Virus record (IMG/VR): IMGVR_UViG_3300040971_000031
Location: 1 to 31,514 of that record
Source of the DNA: a virus
Taxonomy: Duplodnaviria > Caudoviricetes
Strand: one strand, 5' to 3'
DNA: 31,514 nt
The notes below the pieces were generated by a model, which saw only the letters and a program-made list of their open reading frames with translations, was not told the origin of the DNA and did no database searches. Every line of letters starts with the position of its first letter. Position 1 is the stretch's first letter. A program made the position numbers and the translations under genes. Shown one piece after another: positions 23,980-31,514 of this stretch.

Positions 23980-26654
23980 AAGCAGCGACAGTCATCTATC
24001 ACGAGCATGCCCTTGTGCCGAGCAAGCGCCGCACTGAGCAGGCGACGGGCCAGACCATAGCATCGCTGGACCCCAAGTGGGACCGCCCCTACATCGCATT
24101 GCTCGACGGCAAACCGATCCTTCGACGTGATTGGAATTTGTACGTCGAGAACGGGCGCATCCTCGTTTTCATTGACGCAGAGGCGATCCCTGCTGGTGGT
24201 GGCGGCGGCGGGTCGAACCCGGTGCGGATGATTGCGATGCTGGCCGTGATTGCGATTTCTGCCGGTGTCGCCGGGGCGGTCGCTGGCATGGGCGCTTTTG
24301 CCGTCAACAGCGCGGGCGTTGCGGGAACCGTCCTTGGCATGGGAGGCGCGACGTGGGGGGCAATCGCAGGCGGCGCGGTCATGCTTGTCGGCTCTGCTAT
24401 CGTCAACGCCGTTCTGCCCGCCACACCGCAGTCTATGAGCAACAGGCAGTTGGACACGAAAGCTGCATCCCCTACCTACAGCCTCCAGGCCCAGGGCAAC
24501 AGCGCACGGCTTGAGCAAGCAATCCCTGAGCATTTCGGGCGGCATATCGCCTACCCAGATTTCGCGGCAAATCCGTATCAGGAATACAGCGGCAACGAAC
24601 AGTATTTGTATCAGCTTTTGTGCCTTGGGCGCGGCTATTACGACATCGAGACGATCCGCATCGAAGACACTCCGATCAGCAACTTCGAAGATATCGAATA
24701 TGAAATAGTCCAGCCCAATCAGACAGTGACCATGTTCCCTGCGTCGGTCACGACTTCGCCAGAGGTCAGTGGCCAGGACATGGTTTACAACACCTACTTA
24801 GGACCGTTCGTCGCTAACGCAGCGGACACGCTTGCGAACTACATTGGAATCGACTTCGTCGCCCCGCGTGGCCTGTATTATGCCGAAGACAATGGCTCTC
24901 TGTCCGCCAAGTCCATCGGCGTCGCCGTGGAGGCCCGCGAGATCGACGAGGACGGCGTTGCTATCGGATCATACGTCACCCTCGGGAGCCGTACATACAC
25001 TGCGTCCAGCGCAACGCCGCAACGGTACAGCCTCAAGTTCGCCGTCGCGCCGGGCCGGTACGAAGTCCGCGTCAAGCGCACGTCCACAAAAGACACCAGC
25101 ACCAGGGCAGGGCACGACATCGTCTGGGGTTCTCTCCGGGCCTACCTCAAAGACGACGCGACCTATGGAGACGTGACTCTTATCGCCATGCGCATGAGGG
25201 CCAGTGACCAGCTTTCGAGCATTTCGAGCCGCAAGATCAATGTCATCGCAACGCGGCGCTTGCCAATCTGGAACGGCTCCACGTGGTCAAGCCCAGCGGC
25301 TACGCGGTCCATTGCGTGGGCGCTGGCATACTGCTGCAAGCAGATCGGCCTCACTGACGCACAGATCGACCTCGCCACTTTACTGCAGCTTGATGCGACA
25401 TGGGCCGCACGGGGCGACACCTGCGACGGGCGTATCGACTCCACAATGTCGTTCTGGGAGACATTGACGCGCATCGGGGCCGCAGGCCGGTGCAAGCCGT
25501 ACATGCAGTCTGGGGTGGTCCGGTTCTTCCGCGACCAGGCATCTACCTTGCCTGTTGCCCATTTCGGCGTCAGAAACATCGTCAAGAACTCGCTCTCTAT
25601 CGACTACATCATGCCAAGCCAGGACACGGCAGACGCTGTGTCAGTCTCCTATTTCGACGGGTCGGCATGGAGGCAAAAGCGCGTGCTGGCAAAACTGCCC
25701 GATTCGACAGCGGCGAAGCCTGCCAAGATGGACCTGGCGCTGGTCACCAACCGCGCACAGGCGTTCAAGGAAGGCACTTACCAGGCAGCAAGCAACAGAT
25801 ACCGCCGCAAGGTCATCAAGTTCACAACTGAAATGGAGGGGTTCATCCCGTCATTCGGAGACCTCATTGCAATCCATCACGACATGCCGGGATGGGGCCA
25901 GGGTGGCGATGTGGTCGGCTGGGATGCAGGAACGTCCACGCTCACGCTCTCCGAGCCGCTGACGTGGGAAGAAGGTGAAACGCATTATATCGCGTTCGCG
26001 GCGAAAAACGGCAGCATGGTCGGGCCCTTCGTCGTCACGGCTGGCCTGTCCGAATACCAATGCGTCGTCACAGAGTCCATGATTGATGCCAACGACGATC
26101 CCTGGGAGCCGTACGCAGGCAGCGACTACGAGCGCACGCGCTTTTCGTTTGGATGGGCTGAGACATGGAGCCAAAAGGCCAGAGTGCTGTCTGTCATGCC
26201 CCGGTCCATGGAGCGGGTGGAGATACAGGCAATCAACGAGGATAATAATGTCCATACCGCCGAAGAGGGCCTGATTGTCCCGGTTGCGCCTACAAGCCAG
26301 CTTGCCAATTACACAGCGGCCCCGTCGCTCTCCGGGCTTCTGGCCGTGTCCAGGCCGGATGACGTGGCGACGATGCTTTTGTCTTGGCAACCATCACCTT
26401 GGGCAGACCACTATCTGATCGAGGCAAGCTCGGACGGGACGTCCTGGACGCGGCTTGGGGACACGAGCGCAACCAATTTCACGGCACGCGCCATTTACGG
26501 CAACGCGACCATCCTGCGCGTGGCCGCAGTAGGGACTGCACGCGGCCCGTGGGTCACGGTTAGTTATGGCGACAGCGCGGATTATATGTGGGCGGCTGAT
26601 GACGCCACGCTCATGTGGAACGCGGACGATACAACACTGATGTGGAGATATTAA
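23976..26654 (+). CDS. tail tip / host specificity protein (TipJ family, with gpI-like N-terminus)
   Basis: GNSARLEQAIPEHFGRH.AYPD, GRYEVRVKR, C-terminal FN3-like domain; TTG start overlapping the previous stop. Confidence 0.9.
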   Translation: MKAATVIYHEHALVPSKRRTEQATGQTIASLDPKWDRPYIALLDGKPILRRDWNLYVENGRILVFIDAEAIPAGGGGGGSNPVRMIAMLAVIAISAGVAGAVAGMGAFAVNSAGVAGTVLGMGGATWGAIAGGAVMLVGSAIVNAVLPATPQSMSNRQLDTKAASPTYSLQAQGNSARLEQAIPEHFGRHIAYPDFAANPYQEYSGNEQYLYQLLCLGRGYYDIETIRIEDTPISNFEDIEYEIVQPNQTVTMFPASVTTSPEVSGQDMVYNTYLGPFVANAADTLANYIGIDFVAPRGLYYAEDNGSLSAKSIGVAVEAREIDEDGVAIGSYVTLGSRTYTASSATPQRYSLKFAVAPGRYEVRVKRTSTKDTSTRAGHDIVWGSLRAYLKDDATYGDVTLIAMRMRASDQLSSISSRKINVIATRRLPIWNGSTWSSPAATRSIAWALAYCCKQIGLTDAQIDLATLLQLDATWAARGDTCDGRIDSTMSFWETLTRIGAAGRCKPYMQSGVVRFFRDQASTLPVAHFGVRNIVKNSLSIDYIMPSQDTADAVSVSYFDGSAWRQKRVLAKLPDSTAAKPAKMDLALVTNRAQAFKEGTYQAASNRYRRKVIKFTTEMEGFIPSFGDLIAIHHDMPGWGQGGDVVGWDAGTSTLTLSEPLTWEEGETHYIAFAAKNGSMVGPFVVTAGLSEYQCVVTESMIDANDDPWEPYAGSDYERTRFSFGWAETWSQKARVLSVMPRSMERVEIQAINEDNNVHTAEEGLIVPVAPTSQLANYTAAPSLSGLLAVSRPDDVATMLLSWQPSPWADHYLIEASSDGTSWTRLGDTSATNFTARAIYGNATILRVAAVGTARGPWVTVSYGDSADYMWAADDATLMWNADDTTLMWRY

Positions 26655-26655
26655 A

Positions 26656-27186
26656 ATGGCATTACCAGCAGCAGCAGATTTTACCGGGTCGACGATCACC
26701 GAAGCCCAATTTAAAAGTGCGATAACGGATCTGCGCGACTATATCGCAACAATGGAGACAGTAGCCCCGGGAGTTGTGGCGTTTTACCCCAAGACAACGG
26801 CACCAACTGGATGGATTAAAGCCAACGGCGCGGCTATTTCCCGCGCTACCTATTCCGCGCTCTTTGCCGCCATCGGCGTGGCCTTCGGGCCTGGTGACGG
26901 CTCCACCACGTTCAATGTCCCTGACCTGCGTGGCGAGTTTATTCGTGGGCTTGATGATTCGCGCGGTGTTGATACGGGGCGCACTCTCGGCCCGACAGTA
27001 CAGGCAGACGAGCTGAAGTCTCATACGCACGACATACAAACCCAAATAGAGAATATAATAACGTCTTCGACTTTGATAACACGATCCGACCAGGGGCAAA
27101 GCACAGCGAACAAGGCGACCCAGGCAACAGGTGGCGCCGAAACCCGCCCACGAAACATAGCCCTTCTCGCGTGCATCAAATATTAA
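26656..27186 (+). CDS. short tail fibre protein with tail collar domain
   Basis: APTGWIKANGAAISRATYSALFAAIG...FNVPDLRGEFIRG; ETRPRNIALLACIKY. Confidence 0.9.
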   Translation: MALPAAADFTGSTITEAQFKSAITDLRDYIATMETVAPGVVAFYPKTTAPTGWIKANGAAISRATYSALFAAIGVAFGPGDGSTTFNVPDLRGEFIRGLDDSRGVDTGRTLGPTVQADELKSHTHDIQTQIENIITSSTLITRSDQGQSTANKATQATGGAETRPRNIALLACIKY

Positions 27187-27195
27187 GGAGCGACC

Positions 27196-27801
27196 ATGCA
27201 GATATACCATTACCATCCGACCACTGGCGAGTACCTAGGCGAAGGCACGGCGGACGCATCGCCACTTGAACCCGGCGTTTACCTCATCCCAGCCAACGCA
27301 ACAGCAACAGCTCCGCCCACGGCCATGACCGGCAAGGTTCGCGTTTGGCGCGACGAATGGCAATTTGAAGACGTGCAGGAAAATGAGCAGACCCAAGACC
27401 CAGAGTATGAGCCGTCGCTGGAAGAAGTTAAGGCGCAAAAACTGGCCGCTATCCGCGCAGCCCGCCACGCCGTGGAGTTCGGCGGCATAATGCACGACGG
27501 CGTCATGTACGACTCTGACGCCACCGCCAGGGCGAAATACGGAGAGACGCGAGATGTGTTTGCGCTGATGCCTGAGATGGTCGTGGAGGGATGGAAGGCC
27601 TCAGACGGGCCGGATGGGTTGGGGGTCTACGTCACGATGACCAAGGCGCTTCTTGATGCCCTGACGCTTGCTGGAGCAGCACACGACAAGGCTTGCTTTG
27701 ATTGGGAGAGAGACAGGCAGGCGGAAGTGGCGGCGGCTTTGGCGTTGGAGAATGAGGCAGATGCCAGGGCGGCGGTGGCTGCGGTGAGTGAAGTTTTTTG
27801 A
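27196..27801 (+). CDS. tail fibre assembly protein (Tfa-like N-terminus plus DUF4376-like domain)
   Basis: IYHYHPTTGEYLGEG.AD.SPLEPG.YLIPANAT; KAQKLAAIRAAR...YDSD. Confidence 0.8.
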   Translation: MQIYHYHPTTGEYLGEGTADASPLEPGVYLIPANATATAPPTAMTGKVRVWRDEWQFEDVQENEQTQDPEYEPSLEEVKAQKLAAIRAARHAVEFGGIMHDGVMYDSDATARAKYGETRDVFALMPEMVVEGWKASDGPDGLGVYVTMTKALLDALTLAGAAHDKACFDWERDRQAEVAAALALENEADARAAVAAVSEVF

Positions 27802-27903
27802 CTCACCTTTTGACTCACCTTTTCCGGTGAGCTTGCGCGGCGATGAGGCGGGAAGTATAGCAAATTCGGGGCGCGTGGAGGCCAGCAAAAGCGCTCTCCG
27901 TGT

Positions 27904-27949
27904 TTCCTAATCCCGGTTAGCCCATGTTCGAGTCATGGTGGGGGCACCA
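27904..27949 (+). other. att core: 3' half of tRNA-Arg(CCT), not a complete tRNA
   Basis: Anticodon loop TTCCTAA, T-arm CCATG-TTCGAGT-CATGG, acceptor 3' strand TGGGGGC-A-CCA; no 5' half upstream. Confidence 0.85.
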
Positions 27950-27957
27950 AAAAGGGC

Positions 27958-28002
27958 AAAGGCTTCAGCATCTTGCAGGGTGTCGGAAGCCTTTTTCTTT
28001 TT
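27958..28002. terminator. hairpin with T-tract after the tRNA fragment, possibly bidirectional
   Basis: AAAGGCTTC (27958-27966) / GAAGCCTTT (27986-27994) followed by TTCTTTTT. Confidence 0.6.
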
Positions 28003-29066
28003 CATGTTGCCCATTGACTCACCTTTTGACTCACCTTTTTATTTACAAACAGGGTTTCGACCACCTTCTCGGTTGTCTGATATACGCCCAGGGACCGCAG
28101 ATAGATTTCCGTTGTCCCCGGGCTTTCATGGCACAGCAGCTGCTGTATCTCGGACACGGCATGCCCGGCCCGGTAGAGCTTCACGGCCACCATGTGCCTG
28201 ATACCATGATAGCCAAACGGCTTTACCCCGGCCGCCTCGCACAAATAGCCCATGAGGTGGTGCCAGTCCTCTATCATCTCGCCATTGGCTTGATTGCATA
28301 TCACCCGGTCATCGTCCTTCTTCCTGGTCGATTTGGCCTTCCAGAGCCGGAGCGCCTGCACGGCATCATCCGGCAGGCTGATCCAGTACCAGCGCCATGA
28401 CCCGTTGCGCCCCTTGCGGTTGCCGATGCGCACCTTGGAGCCGGAGAGGTCCACGTCACCCCAGGTAAGCCGGTGGACTTCGGTGCGACGGCATGCCGTG
28501 TAATAGAGCAAGAGCAACATGAGCCTGATCTGCTGATCCTGGTGATGGTCGTAGACCTTCCAGAAGTCGGTTTCTGATGGCACATACTTGACGCCCTTCT
28601 CTTCCGAGTAGTCCTTGATTGAGCGGAACGGGTTCTTTGGCGGGAGGCCCAAGACCTCAACTCCCCAACTCCACGCCTCTACCAGGTGCCTTTTGGACCT
28701 GTTGGCCCGGTGCCCGCTGATGGTTTTGGCCTGGCCGTTCAGGTGCGCCAGGCACATCTTCTGTGTGAGCTTGTCGACCGGTGTGGCAGGGCTCACGTCC
28801 TTAAAAAAGCGCCTGAAACAGAGGCGCTTTTCGTCTATGCTTTCCAGCCCTCGGGCGGCGTAGTCGTCAATTCTTGCGTCGAGCCATTCACCACAGGTCG
28901 TTCCTGGATGTGACGCGACGGGGGCCTTTTTGGCCTCCCACGCCAGCGCATCTTTTTTCGAGGGGAATGACTTCTCCTTTCGGCGCGTCGAGCCGTCCGG
29001 CATGGTCAACGTGATCCGCCCGTACCAGACTTCCCTCCCCTTCCTGTCCTTTCGTTTGGTCGGCAT
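28002..29066 (-). CDS. int: tyrosine integrase
   Basis: Catalytic R (TACRRTE), HxxR (YHGIRH), H (LLCHES), Y (TEIYL); AGGAGG before ATG 29066. Confidence 0.95.
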   Translation of the reverse strand: MPTKRKDRKGREVWYGRITLTMPDGSTRRKEKSFPSKKDALAWEAKKAPVASHPGTTCGEWLDARIDDYAARGLESIDEKRLCFRRFFKDVSPATPVDKLTQKMCLAHLNGQAKTISGHRANRSKRHLVEAWSWGVEVLGLPPKNPFRSIKDYSEEKGVKYVPSETDFWKVYDHHQDQQIRLMLLLLYYTACRRTEVHRLTWGDVDLSGSKVRIGNRKGRNGSWRWYWISLPDDAVQALRLWKAKSTRKKDDDRVICNQANGEMIEDWHHLMGYLCEAAGVKPFGYHGIRHMVAVKLYRAGHAVSEIQQLLCHESPGTTEIYLRSLGVYQTTEKVVETLFVNKKVSQKVSQWAT

Positions 29067-29247
29067 GCATCCTCCTAATCGCCTCAACTATGAGTTTTTC
29101 ATAGAACACGGTGCGCTTTTTTGAGATCCGCACGCCGCCGAATTTGCCAGGATTGGTTACCAACTGGTGCTTGGGGAGTCCAAGCATTTGTGCAGCCTCG
29201 GCAGCAGTCAGGCCGCGCCCAAGGGTTTCGACGCATGGCGTGTTCAT
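28888..29247 (-). CDS. excisionase-like HTH protein
   Basis: LTAAEAAQMLGL...GGVRI MerR/Xis-like HTH immediately upstream of int. Confidence 0.7.
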   Translation of the reverse strand: MNTPCVETLGRGLTAAEAAQMLGLPKHQLVTNPGKFGGVRISKKRTVFYEKLIVEAIRRMHADQTKGQEGEGSLVRADHVDHAGRLDAPKGEVIPLEKRCAGVGGQKGPRRVTSRNDLW

Positions 29248-29432
29248 CCCTCCCCCCTGCAATCAGCAATCAGCCGGTCCTTATATGGGCGCTGTTTCTT
29301 ACATGTCTGCTTCTTGTGTGGCCACCACACATTTTTTTCACAATACCAAAAAGACATCTCACTGAGTTCGCTGTATTCCGAATCGAGATTATGGCACTTG
29401 CGGCAACATGCGGGAAGATTATCGAATCGCAT
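29244..29432 (-). CDS. small Cys-rich hypothetical protein
   Basis: CCRKC...WYCEK...CKK; coupled at both ends. Confidence 0.6.
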   Translation of the reverse strand: MRFDNLPACCRKCHNLDSEYSELSEMSFWYCEKNVWWPHKKQTCKKQRPYKDRLIADCRGEG

Positions 29433-29725
29433 CACTCACCTCCCAGCAGCCGGTCCACCTCGGCGCGTGCGTCGGCCTGTATCGCTCGTAAATCCTCGGC
29501 TACTCCGTCCACGTAGTCCTCTCCGTGCCGCGCATACAAGCCAGCCCACGCGACCAATGGGCGGATGTCCTGACAACACTCCCTCTCCCACGCCACCGCC
29601 TCCACCAGCGCGTTGTGACGGGCGAGAAGGGCGTTGTGCTCACCTGCCGTAACAACCTCGCCGCAGTCATAGTTAGGTGTCGAAACCTCGTACCCTTTAT
29701 CGCCGTATGTGATCTTGAAGCGCAT
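29432..29725 (-). CDS. hypothetical phage protein
   Basis: MRFKITYGDKGY...; AGGAG upstream. Confidence 0.6.
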   Translation of the reverse strand: MRFKITYGDKGYEVSTPNYDCGEVVTAGEHNALLARHNALVEAVAWERECCQDIRPLVAWAGLYARHGEDYVDGVAEDLRAIQADARAEVDRLLGGE

Positions 29726-29735
29726 TATGTTTCTC

Positions 29736-30080
29736 CTACCACGGGTTACACTGGCGGCAGCCTTCGGATCCGCATGTACAGTTGCCGTATCCCTCCCCCG
29801 GTTGTCTGGAAGGCTCCCCGGCCAGCGCGGCCAGTGCGTCGAGATATTTTTCTTCAAGTGGAGGATTCGTCCCTCTCACAACTCCTCGCACTCCGCCTCC
29901 TTTCCAGAATTTTGCAATCGGCCTCGCCGCATCCTTCAGCGCGGCAAGCTCGGCCACGATCGCCTCCACCTGGTCCCCGATTCGCTTCATCTGCTCGGCC
30001 TGAGCGTCGTGCCCGGCGCGTTCGTGCTGGGCTTGCAGGCTGCGGATAGTGCGCAGGGCTTCGACTTTGTATTGTGGCAT
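29736..30080 (-). CDS. hypothetical phage protein
   Basis: 114 aa; coupled start; C-terminal CTC..GCRQC. Confidence 0.6.
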   Translation of the reverse strand: MPQYKVEALRTIRSLQAQHERAGHDAQAEQMKRIGDQVEAIVAELAALKDAARPIAKFWKGGGVRGVVRGTNPPLEEKYLDALAALAGEPSRQPGEGYGNCTCGSEGCRQCNPW

Positions 30081-30295
30081 TAGTGTTTTTCCTCCAGGGC
30101 TTCAGACATGAGCGAAAGAAAGTCCTCAAGGACGTAGTCTGCCTTGTATGTTTCTCCGCCCCTTGTCACAATTTGCAACATGCTTCCTATGCCGCCTTTC
30201 GCAACTTGAACGATGTGATCTACGCGCATACAAATTGAGTGCGTTTGCGTGTAGATCATCACAAAACCTTTCGGGATATATGCCGGCCTGCTCAT
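30080..30295 (-). CDS. hypothetical phage protein
   Basis: 71 aa; GGAGG upstream; coupled. Confidence 0.6.
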   Translation of the reverse strand: MSRPAYIPKGFVMIYTQTHSICMRVDHIVQVAKGGIGSMLQIVTRGGETYKADYVLEDFLSLMSEALEEKH

Positions 30296-30489
30296 TCTTC
30301 CTCCAGGGCCTTGCGGGCGGCTTCAAGTTCATCGTCAAAGGCAAGGACACTGGCATCCTCAACGCAGCTAATCAGCATGCGGACCACGCCCTCTAGCCTC
30401 TCAATCCGGGCGCGAAGAGCTGCAAGCTCATCTTCACATTCGCTTGCCGGGAACTCGTTGACCATGTTGCTTTCATATTCATGTGCCAT
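30292..30489 (-). CDS. hypothetical coiled-coil protein
   Basis: MAHEYES...; GGAGGG upstream. Confidence 0.55.
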   Translation of the reverse strand: MAHEYESNMVNEFPASECEDELAALRARIERLEGVVRMLISCVEDASVLAFDDELEAARKALEEE

Positions 30490-30490
30490 C

Positions 30491-30817
30491 TTAAAATCCC
30501 TCCCCAACCAGCGCGGCCATGTCTTCGATAGCATCTTTCAGCGCGCCAAGTTCAACCGTGTTCCAAGATTTCACAACCAGTTTTGCAACGCCTGTGAGGC
30601 GTTCGTGCGCCTCCTCTCTGTCTCCAAAAGAATTATAGGCGTCGTCCAGACTTCTACTCGCCGCATCCTTCAGCGCGGCAAGCTCGGCCTTGAGCCTCTT
30701 CACATCATCCGCGCACAACTCATAATTCCGCTCCATTTGTAGGTTCCCGCGCAGGGCGTAGATTTTGGATTGCGAGCGCAAGAATCGCTCGGTGTCGTGC
30801 TGGTATTTATTCGCCAT
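30491..30817 (-). CDS. hypothetical coiled-coil protein
   Basis: MANKYQHD...; GGAGG upstream. Confidence 0.6.
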   Translation of the reverse strand: MANKYQHDTERFLRSQSKIYALRGNLQMERNYELCADDVKRLKAELAALKDAASRSLDDAYNSFGDREEAHERLTGVAKLVVKSWNTVELGALKDAIEDMAALVGEGF

Positions 30818-31043
30818 AGTTGGCCTCCAATGCTTCTTTTGCAATCTCGCGCATTTCTTGAGGATATGGCGCGTCTTGCCAGTAAAGGTTTGCAATCTTC
30901 TTCAGCGCGTCCCGGTACTTCCGTTTCATTTGCCTCTCTCGCCACGCCTCATCCCACGCGGTGCCGGGAGGGTAGGGGCGGTCGGTGAGGTCTGCTTTGA
31001 GCCAGTGTTTATCATCAGTCTTCGTCCTCCTCGTCTTCGACAT
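30807..31043 (-). CDS. hypothetical protein (start uncertain, could be 30929)
   Basis: YRDALKKIA...EIAKEALE pattern common in small phage proteins. Confidence 0.45.
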   Translation of the reverse strand: MSKTRRTKTDDKHWLKADLTDRPYPPGTAWDEAWRERQMKRKYRDALKKIANLYWQDAPYPQEMREIAKEALEANYGE

Positions 31044-31413
31044 CCTGCCAAATCTCCTCGATCATCAGCAGCACGTGCGCCCGAGCCGCTGGCGTCAGCT
31101 TGGCGATCTTCGCCCATGGCGCGCCGTCCGGATCGTAGTTTATCCAGTCGCCAAGGAAATCGCGCAGGTTGAACCAGAGCTCGCTGTAGGTGAACTGGCA
31201 GAACAGGTGCTCGCGCACGGACTCGCAACAGGCACACGTCTTGTGTGTGCTGACATCCCCGTCGTACAGGTAGCGCTCATCAAGATACGCCTGGCCGGGG
31301 AAGATGGTCCCCCGACACTCGCTGCACCTGTGATGCTTGGCGGCGCGGCGGTGGTTGCTGGCCAGCATAGTGACGTAATCGTCGTTGTCGGTTGAGAAAC
31401 AGGCGCATTCCAT
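31015..31413 (-). CDS. Cys-rich (Zn-binding) phage protein
   Basis: HRCSECRGTI.PG..Y...KTCACC; GAGGAGG upstream. Confidence 0.7.
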   Translation of the reverse strand: MECACFSTDNDDYVTMLASNHRRAAKHHRCSECRGTIFPGQAYLDERYLYDGDVSTHKTCACCESVREHLFCQFTYSELWFNLRDFLGDWINYDPDGAPWAKIAKLTPAARAHVLLMIEEIWQDVEDEEDED

Positions 31414-31514
31414 CAGTATTCAACCTCCTCGATCTGGAAAACTTCGTGACAATGGTCGCACTCAATCTCTTCTCCTTTAAGCTTGTCCCACTGGTTGCTG
31501 AAAATCGGCTCGGA
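31413..31514 (-). CDS. partial hypothetical protein (3' end only)
   Basis: ...SEPIFSNQWDKLKGEEIECDHCHEVFQIEEVEY*; TGATG coupling. Confidence 0.5.
   Translation of the reverse strand, partial: SEPIFSNQWDKLKGEEIECDHCHEVFQIEEVEY

Larger units (their letters stand above)
27798..28037. mobile_element. attP site: arm-type repeats flanking a tRNA-derived core
   Basis: TTGACTCACCTT x2 at 27798-27821 and x2 at 28014-28037; core between them; adjacent to the integrase. Confidence 0.85.

Noticed and set aside
26656-27801. Diversity-generating retroelement or invertible tail-fibre cassette
   Set aside because: No reverse transcriptase, invertase, TR/VR pair or flanking inverted repeats seen in the window
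27904-27949. Complete tRNA gene
   Set aside because: No D-arm, 5' acceptor strand or 5' anticodon stem; it is an att core
28129-28144. Sigma54-like TGGCAC-N5-CTGCT antisense within int
   Set aside because: Single imperfect match inside coding sequence; likely chance

Overview
The window is about 31.5 kb of a GC-rich, lambda-like temperate siphophage. The + strand carries small early genes, an O-like replication initiator with iterons, a 5'-truncated RepA/AAA_25 helicase followed by a second iteron-like region, RusA, a MazG-like protein, a lambda-type cos-like site, terS/terL, gpW, portal, S49 protease/scaffold, decoration protein and major capsid protein. A ~5 kb block then sits between capsid and head-tail genes: TraR/DksA, putative capsid-spike proteins, a low-GC 718-aa beta-helix protein, lysis genes with a phospholipase A2-like ORF, and a structured non-coding region. 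A non-contractile tail module follows, with a -1 frameshift chaperone pair. After it come an intact attP (3' half of tRNA-Arg(CCT) flanked by arm repeats), a tyrosine integrase, an excisionase-like gene and small leftward early genes. Both attP and cos are intact, so this looks like the circular or excised form. The best candidates for new biology are (1) a possible capsid-vertex spike whose LamG-like domain appears split between two genes, with the beta-helix protein carrying the missing strands, and (2) a lysis cassette with no recognisable spanin but a PLA2-like protein. All product calls come from motif recognition and gene order, without database searches.
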